Virus record (IMG/VR): IMGVR_UViG_3300021093_000041
Coordinates: 15,814 to 79,813 of that record
Reading direction: 5' to 3' (one strand)
DNA from: a virus
DNA length: 64,000 nucleotides
In this document: positions 57,849 to 64,000 of the stretch, piece after piece
Layout: each line of letters starts with the position of its first letter
Numbering within the stretch: position 1 is the stretch's first letter
Notes under the pieces: model-generated
Databases searched by the model: none
Told to the model about the DNA's origin: nothing
The model's input: the letters and a program-made list of their open reading frames with translations, nothing else
Made by a program: the position numbers and the translations under genes

Positions 57849-60341
57849 TCAAGACTCCTTGCGAGCATTACCATCATAATGGTCAAATCTATGATGTGTT
57901 ATTGGAGATGCTAACAATAACCCACTGTTTATAACACCTTTTTTAGTTTGTTGGTATATATAAGACATCCATGTTTGCTCGAAAGGGTGATCCCATTTAT
58001 CAGTTAAAAACATTTTTCTATTACCTTCTTTTGATACTAATTGTGGCCAATTGCAATAGTATATTTCTCCATCCACATACGGTAACCCTTCCATACAATA
58101 AATATGTTTAAATTTAGTTTTAGGAGCATATGGGTCTAAACCTTGTGCGGGTAAATATGGTTTTTCCGGAAAATTTTCAATTCGGTACTCACCTGGTACA
58201 TTATACCATGCCCATTGAGTTTTATTATCACCGTAAAATTCAGTAAAACAAAACTTTAAAAAGTCGTAACCGTGTGTTTCACATATTTTATGCACTTTAT
58301 CGTAAAGATTAGGTATATAAGTTTGAAAACCATTTGCACACGACCCTAAAGATGAATTGTTCAAATTCATATCATCTTCGAGGAAAATACAATAATCAGC
58401 ATCTGATGCATCAAAGTGCTCAGCTATGAATTGTCTACCACCACAAATACCTAAATTATCCTTTTTAATATGTTCGAAATTATACTCTTTACAAATTTCA
58501 ACGTACTCTGCTGTTGTATTCAAATTGGTAGAATTATCTAATACGTATCTTCTGCTATGTGTAAAGAATCCAGGTTCTTTACTATATGTTTCACAAAGAC
58601 GTCTAAATTGTTTTGGAGAGTTGAAAGTAATGACATATAAATTAGTTTTAAGTTCATTTACCGGTCTAACCCTGCGGTTACCTATTAACTTAACTTGATT
58701 GTTTTTTAAATTTTCAAAAAATGTTCCAATTAAACCGTCATCATCAATCATTGCACGATCAACTAATTCTGGGTATTTATGTGCAATAATTGTAAAAATA
58801 CTCTCTTCTGTACCCATTAAACCCTTACTTAATGAATCGCTCAGTAATGAGTAATAAATTTCGTTAACTTGTTTAATAAAATTTTTATTACCACCAAAAA
58901 CCCCACCTCTACATACATATGATATTTTATCGCAATTTGCATAATCACGCATAGCACTTTCCGGGAAACCATGTATTTCGTAGTTTGAATACGGGAATGC
59001 TATATATAAAAACTTTTGTAGAAGAGTTTCTATTTTATCTAAAACTTTATCATGCGTAAAATAACCGGGATGTACAGTATTTGTAATACCTGCATCTAAC
59101 CACAAATAATAATCTGTTTCAAAACTATTGTAAACTGCAGCATCATTGAGTAAAAACAATTTAGACATTACAATAGGGTTGTACATGTCGAGATTAGCTT
59201 GTGTACTCTCTTCCAACCACGAAGCAATTTTTCTCCATTCTGGATTATTTCTAATTTCTTGAACCCTATTATAAAATGCAAACCAAGTTTTTAACTCTTC
59301 AACTTCTTTAACAAATACTCTAGTTGTTACGCTTGGTCTTCTAGCTTCAATATATGGGACCAACTTTGCTTCTGTAAAAATAATCATTGGTTCCTCAATA
59401 CGTAATAACTCGTCAAATTTTTCTAAATACGTCTCAAATGATCTTTTAAAAGTACCACTACATGTATCACGTTTAATATCCCACAACCCAGTTACTATTG
59501 TAACGTTCTTCTTCTTAGGTAATTCGGTTACAATATATTCATTAGTATCAATATCATCATCTACATTTTGAGGTATATAGACTGTCTTATACACACATTG
59601 TGCTATTTCACTCCAACGTTTATTTTTACGTAAAAAATCAATATGATCGTTACAAACAGCTAACATATCCTGATTTTCAAACTTGTTAGCTGAATAATTA
59701 TTATCTTCAAACAGTTTAAATAAAGCATTAAGTTCTTCTTCAGGTAAGTTGCTTATTTCAACCTTGAAAATTTTAGGTCTATACTTATCAAATTGAAATT
59801 TAGATAATATCTTATAATCGTAGCCTTCAGTATCGCATTGCACATAGTCAATACGTTCAATATTAAACTGACTACAAAGTTTATCTATAGTTGTAACTTT
59901 AATAGATGTTAAAACCCCATATTTATCTAATATTTGTTTTGTTATTGGATCTGTTTCAAATCCGTTTTTTGGTGGGTATATACAACTCATACCCTTAATT
60001 GCAGGGTCTAAGTTATTTGTTTCAATTACAGCATTAGGTATATAGACAAACTCCACTTCACCGTCTTTATCGCTTAAACCAAATTCAGCAATTTCCGCAC
60101 GGTTTAAACTTATTTGTGTCTTATATGTTTTCTTTAAAGACTCAATATGATCTGGTAATGGTTCAACCAATAAGGTTTTCCAACCATATCCTATTGTATA
60201 ACCTGAAAGAGTGTCGTTTTCAATACCATCATTAGCACCAATTATTAAGGTAAATATATCATTACCATGTATTTTAAATGTGTTGCGTAACGATACGTCA
60301 AATAATCTATGTAATTGTAACGGGGTGAATATATGTTTCAT
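57849..60341 (-). CDS. Fusion: FkbM methyltransferase + HtrL/YibB-like glycosyltransferase + GT-A-like domain
   Basis: IGANDG..VEP..IDYVQCDTEGYD (FkbM); TIVTGLWDIKR..SKLFLL..YLWLDAG..GTEE (HtrL-like); YVITFNS..LDNS..GICGGR..FLEDD (GT-A). Confidence 0.75.
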   Translation of the reverse strand: MKHIFTPLQLHRLFDVSLRNTFKIHGNDIFTLIIGANDGIENDTLSGYTIGYGWKTLLVEPLPDHIESLKKTYKTQISLNRAEIAEFGLSDKDGEVEFVYIPNAVIETNNLDPAIKGMSCIYPPKNGFETDPITKQILDKYGVLTSIKVTTIDKLCSQFNIERIDYVQCDTEGYDYKILSKFQFDKYRPKIFKVEISNLPEEELNALFKLFEDNNYSANKFENQDMLAVCNDHIDFLRKNKRWSEIAQCVYKTVYIPQNVDDDIDTNEYIVTELPKKKNVTIVTGLWDIKRDTCSGTFKRSFETYLEKFDELLRIEEPMIIFTEAKLVPYIEARRPSVTTRVFVKEVEELKTWFAFYNRVQEIRNNPEWRKIASWLEESTQANLDMYNPIVMSKLFLLNDAAVYNSFETDYYLWLDAGITNTVHPGYFTHDKVLDKIETLLQKFLYIAFPYSNYEIHGFPESAMRDYANCDKISYVCRGGVFGGNKNFIKQVNEIYYSLLSDSLSKGLMGTEESIFTIIAHKYPELVDRAMIDDDGLIGTFFENLKNNQVKLIGNRRVRPVNELKTNLYVITFNSPKQFRRLCETYSKEPGFFTHSRRYVLDNSTNLNTTAEYVEICKEYNFEHIKKDNLGICGGRQFIAEHFDASDADYCIFLEDDMNLNNSSLGSCANGFQTYIPNLYDKVHKICETHGYDFLKFCFTEFYGDNKTQWAWYNVPGEYRIENFPEKPYLPAQGLDPYAPKTKFKHIYCMEGLPYVDGEIYYCNWPQLVSKEGNRKMFLTDKWDHPFEQTWMSYIYQQTKKGVINSGLLLASPITHHRFDHYDGNARKES

Positions 60342-60342
60342 A

Positions 60343-61662
60343 TTATGGTAAATTAATTTCTACAGGGCCAATCTTATTACACCAACCGGTATCTTTTCTA
60401 TGTGGCCAAACAGTCCAGCTTATCGGTCTCTTGTCTGAGCAAAATTTTAAAAAGAAACTACAATTAGGTTTTGCAAGTTCTTCGTGTAATCTAAAACCTG
60501 TTAAATCATCTCTAAACACCTCTTCCCCATTTTCATCATGAGCACCTACATACCAAAAATCATAAAGATTATTATCATCTAATGCTACAGATTTACCATC
60601 AACCCAAATATCTACGCACCAGTTTCTACCTAATGCTTTGTAATAATCTTCTTTTGTTGGGTATAAGTTAGGGTTATCTTTCCAATTTGGAGTGGGTGCT
60701 TCAAGTTTTTCGGGCCATGTATATGGGTGTACTTTACGTTCATTAAACTTTAACCCTGCGTATAACTCATAATCTTCTAATGACCGTATTGATCCAAAAA
60801 AGTATTTTTCAAAATTAATATCACGCTCTTCACCATCCATTCCAAATAATTTACGGTTACGTAAATGGCTACGGTCATTAGCGTTTAACCAGTTTTCTTC
60901 AAATTTTCTCTTATCTATATCTGTATCTTCCCAGTGTTTGGGTCTACCTTTTCTTGTGTATTCATGCCATGCTATAACTTTATGTGGGTGAAATAAATCG
61001 TACCCCCATGTATAAGCACGAGCTGCAATACTTATTTCTTCACCGTGAAAATAGTAATTTGGATCATGTTGAACTTCTTTACAAAAAGAACCTAATGTAA
61101 ATGTACAATGTGCACTATAAAATCTAGCACGCATTGGCTCCACACGTGTTTGATAGTCTGGGATTGTTGCAGGTAAAAAGAAAATAGCTCCTTCAGGTAT
61201 AAATCTATCAAACTCCATGAACCAAGGGTCTGGTTGTCGTGCAGCTGGGTCATTGTCGGGATCAAAAGAAGAAGTGTATGCGGTCAATAAAGGTTTTTCA
61301 TACCCCATATTTTGCAATTGTTTAACCATATCAATTGCAATAGTGTCCCAACCTTTATTGAATCTCATATGAGAATCTATTTGAAAAGTATACTTTTCAT
61401 CTTTATAGTGTTGTTGAACTAAATTTCTAGCCCAGCAAACACCTTTACTTTTATTCCATTCTATATCAACAATTCTAAATCTCGGGTCAGACCTATATTT
61501 ATCTACATTGTCAAACCCATCTCCTTCTTTAAATTGTCTTGCTATACCAAAACGTAGATTTTGAGGATTGTTGGCATTTTGTAAACAATCCTCAATTGTA
61601 GGTATAAGTTGTGGGTCTCTATATGATGCAATTTGAATATAAATTGTATCGTCAATCGTCAT
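60343..61662 (-). CDS. GT60-family (Gnt1-like) polypeptide GlcNAc transferase, paralogue 2
   Basis: IYIQIASYRDP, KGVCWAR, QIDSHMRF..GWD, FHGEEI.IAARAYTWGYDLFHP, HEY. Confidence 0.82.
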   Translation of the reverse strand: MTIDDTIYIQIASYRDPQLIPTIEDCLQNANNPQNLRFGIARQFKEGDGFDNVDKYRSDPRFRIVDIEWNKSKGVCWARNLVQQHYKDEKYTFQIDSHMRFNKGWDTIAIDMVKQLQNMGYEKPLLTAYTSSFDPDNDPAARQPDPWFMEFDRFIPEGAIFFLPATIPDYQTRVEPMRARFYSAHCTFTLGSFCKEVQHDPNYYFHGEEISIAARAYTWGYDLFHPHKVIAWHEYTRKGRPKHWEDTDIDKRKFEENWLNANDRSHLRNRKLFGMDGEERDINFEKYFFGSIRSLEDYELYAGLKFNERKVHPYTWPEKLEAPTPNWKDNPNLYPTKEDYYKALGRNWCVDIWVDGKSVALDDNNLYDFWYVGAHDENGEEVFRDDLTGFRLHEELAKPNCSFFLKFCSDKRPISWTVWPHRKDTGWCNKIGPVEINLP

Positions 61663-61675
61663 AATAGTATATACA

Positions 61676-62953
61676 TTAGACTGGATTTATATCCACAGTA
61701 ATTTTATCAAGCCAATTACCGTCTCTATCCATAGGCCAAACAACGTATTTAGCAGGTTTTACGTTGCTATAAACACCTAATGGCCATCGGTATGCATATG
61801 TATCCTGTGTGCATGACATTATTTCAGTCATCTGTTTACCACATACATCTAAACGAGCTAACTCATTATCGTTTTCATCTTGTACCGCACAATACCAGAA
61901 TGTGTATTCTTTGTCCGCAGGTATTTCTGTACGCGGTACAAAGAAATCAATACACCAGTTTCTCTTCCACTCTTTGTCTGGTTGATTTTTATAATCATAA
62001 GTAGGTGTAATATTTTGTATTACATCATCTGTTACCGACCTTAATTTAAAATTAATACCTGAATATTTTTCATACTCTTCAACTGTTCTTATATTACCAA
62101 AACCAAATTCACCGAAATTTATCTGGTTAGGGTCTTCACCATCCATTCCAAATAATATACGGTTACGTTTATGACACATTTCATTTACTTCCCACCAATC
62201 GTATTTTCTACCATCTTTCTTGTTACAATCATCCCAATGGTGAGGTCTACCTTTACGAGTATATTCGTGGTAACATATTATTTCATTTGGATGGAATAAA
62301 TCATAACCATGTGTGAATGTGCGTACAGCGATACTTATTTCCTCACCGTGAAAATAATAATTTGGGTCATGCGCTACTTCATCGCACATTTTACCTAAAG
62401 TGAAACTAAAATGTGCGCTATAAAATCTAGATGGGATTGGTTCTAATAATTCAGCACCGGTCATTGATGTTGGTAAAAAGAAAATAGCTCCTTCAGGTAT
62501 AAATCTATCAAACACCATTTTCCATGGATCTCTTTCTCTACCAAACGGGTCGTTGTCTGGGTTAAAACTTGTAGTGTAAGCTGTTAGTAAAGGTTTTTCA
62601 TGTCCTTTTTCTTGCAAAAGTTTAATCATGTTTATACATTTTTCATCCCAATCTTGCACAAATCTCATATGGGAGTCGATAGCTAATGTATATTCTTCTT
62701 CGCAGTATAGATGTTGAATCATATGACGAGCCCAGCATGTACCCTTACCTTTCCTTGCATCAACATCTATAATGTTAAATCTTTTATCTGTTTTATAATC
62801 GTCTAAATTATCCCATTCATCATCTAGATTATGTTGCCAACAAATAGCAAATCTTAAATTTTCTGGATATTTTGCTCTATCTATACAATCTTTAATAGTT
62901 TTTCTAAGTTCTGGATCTCTATAGGCTGCTATTTGAATGAATATCCTACTCAT
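61676..62953 (-). CDS. GT60-family (Gnt1-like) polypeptide GlcNAc transferase, paralogue 1
   Basis: IFIQIAAYRDP, KGTCWAR, IDSHMRFVQDWD, FHGEEI.IAVRTFTHGYDLFHP, GFGNIRTVEEYEKYSGINF. Confidence 0.82.
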   Translation of the reverse strand: MSRIFIQIAAYRDPELRKTIKDCIDRAKYPENLRFAICWQHNLDDEWDNLDDYKTDKRFNIIDVDARKGKGTCWARHMIQHLYCEEEYTLAIDSHMRFVQDWDEKCINMIKLLQEKGHEKPLLTAYTTSFNPDNDPFGRERDPWKMVFDRFIPEGAIFFLPTSMTGAELLEPIPSRFYSAHFSFTLGKMCDEVAHDPNYYFHGEEISIAVRTFTHGYDLFHPNEIICYHEYTRKGRPHHWDDCNKKDGRKYDWWEVNEMCHKRNRILFGMDGEDPNQINFGEFGFGNIRTVEEYEKYSGINFKLRSVTDDVIQNITPTYDYKNQPDKEWKRNWCIDFFVPRTEIPADKEYTFWYCAVQDENDNELARLDVCGKQMTEIMSCTQDTYAYRWPLGVYSNVKPAKYVVWPMDRDGNWLDKITVDINPV

Positions 62954-63087
62954 TCAAACATTTAGTTATGCAATGTAAATAATCAATTATATATATATAT
63001 TACCGGGTCTCAACCATTCTGGTGCACTCATTATTTGTGATATTTCTGCAAATGTATGGTGTTATAAATACAATTTTATCTATTTAA

Positions 63088-63999
63088 CTAATAACCGTAT
63101 CTACCTTTTACTACATCAAAATTTTGAGTTACTTGTGCAGCAGTTAAAGCTGAACTGTAAACTCTAGCAATAGATATGTATCTATTTGTATCAGAACCCC
63201 ATGCCGCTGCGAATCCGCTATTATACCCACCACCATTATGAATACCTTTAAATTGCCCACCAACTACGATTTTAGTGTTTAATGTGTCATAAATTATATT
63301 TCCAGAAACAGCCGTTGAAGAAGCTCTTTCCGTACCGTTGACATACATTCTTAACGTTGTTCCATCGTATGTACCGAGAATGTGATACCATGTATTTATT
63401 GCAAGAGTTGGATTGTTACCAGCACCTGCAAGACCGATTCCACCACTACTAAATACATATACACCAAATCTACCATCAACATATTTTAAACCATAACTTA
63501 AATCTTCACCGTTACCTTTTTGCACGGTAATTATTCCAAAATTATTTGAACCTGGAACAGAACTACCTGTATTTACCCATGATTCTATAGATATTGATGT
63601 AACTTTTAACGATGTTGATAAAGTACCTGTAGCGTAGATATTTTGATATAGGTTTACATAACCACCATTTGAAGATGAATATGTAGGAGCTGAAGTAAAT
63701 GTCACATCGTTGTCATTTGTGGTAAGGTCATTCCATGCTGTACCAGAGCCAGAATAACTAGATGATTGGCCAATATCTAAATTCATTACTAAATTACCAC
63801 TAACTATTGCAGGTGTGCTTGTTCTAGTTTTAGTAGGTGTTTGAGTGCGAGTTCTTGTATTAGTAGCTGTTCTCGTTCTTGTATTTGTAGGTGTTCTTGT
63901 CCGGGTTGGTGTTTGAGTCTGTGTTGGTGTTTGTGTTCTTGTTCTTGTGTTGGTAGCTGTTCTTGTTTGTGTGGGTGTTTGTGTTTGAGTCGATGTTTG
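63088..63999 (-). CDS. LamG-domain virion protein with (Thr-X)n stalk; N-terminus lies beyond the window
   Basis: Frame is open past the track's Met (63786) to the window end; LVMNLDIGQSSSYSGSGTAWNDL, WYHILGTYDGTTLRMYVNG, ARVYSSALT. Confidence 0.8.
   Translation of the reverse strand, partial: QTSTQTQTPTQTRTATNTRTRTQTPTQTQTPTRTRTPTNTRTRTATNTRTRTQTPTKTRTSTPAIVSGNLVMNLDIGQSSSYSGSGTAWNDLTTNDNDVTFTSAPTYSSSNGGYVNLYQNIYATGTLSTSLKVTSISIESWVNTGSSVPGSNNFGIITVQKGNGEDLSYGLKYVDGRFGVYVFSSGGIGLAGAGNNPTLAINTWYHILGTYDGTTLRMYVNGTERASSTAVSGNIIYDTLNTKIVVGGQFKGIHNGGGYNSGFAAAWGSDTNRYISIARVYSSALTAAQVTQNFDVVKGRYGY
63814..63999 (-). repeat. At least 31 consecutive X-Thr dipeptides (X = R,Q,P,N,A,S,K)
   Basis: QTSTQTQTPTQTRTATNTRTRTQTPTQTQTPTRTRTPTNTRTRTATNTRTRTQTPTKTRTST. 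Confidence 0.92.
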
Positions 64000-64000
64000 A

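Noticed and set aside
108-62004. Many 60-140 aa antisense or out-of-frame ORFs nested in long genes (e.g. 6744-7157, 21980-22303, 4845-5189)
   Set aside because: No motifs or promoter signals; expected shadows of codon bias
62999-63060. Short - strand frame HTFAEISQIMSAPEWLRPG resembling the end of a small phage protein
   Set aside because: No convincing start and too short to support; at most a gene remnant
1-64000. Alternative genetic code (stop-codon reassignment)
   Set aside because: Core genes are full length in code 11, TAA, TAG and TGA all end genes, and no suppressor tRNA is present

Overview
A 64 kb AT-rich segment of a large T4-like myovirus (gp23-type capsid, contractile tail); no host genes, integrase or CRISPR array are visible. 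1-15.6 kb: replication/recombination module (gp43 C-terminus, UvsX, gp41, gp59-like, gp32, gp45, RNase H, gp61) interleaved with a carbamoyltransferase, an atypical QueC, a class II amidotransferase, a DHH phosphoesterase and an NRS/ER-like sugar reductase. 15.6-29 kb: late genes (gp14, putative internal head proteins, gp17 terminase with a class 3 LAGLIDADG intein, gp3, gp18, gp19, baseplate proteins). 29.9-40 kb: NrdA, an NrdB with class Ic signatures, GNAT, two HNH nucleases, a TauD dioxygenase, an RNA cluster (tRNA-Gln/Pro/Ala/Gly/Ser, tmRNA, one unexplained structured RNA candidate), a DenV-like glycosylase and GuaC. 40-57.8 kb: gp5-like spike, QueF, gp23/22/67/21, gp4, gp13 and large virion proteins. 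57.8-64 kb: glycosylation cluster (FkbM-HtrL-GT fusion, two GT60 paralogues) directly downstream of a LamG protein with a strict (Thr-X)n mucin-like stalk. Best leads: (1) a putative phage mucin-type O-GlcNAc virion glycosylation system, (2) promoter-to-start spacing implying leaderless mRNAs for many early and late genes, (3) a dispersed 7-deazaguanine/carbamoyl modification toolkit with a QueC lacking three Zn ligands, (4) a class Ic ribonucleotide reductase. All family calls come from recognising motifs by eye; no database searches were run.
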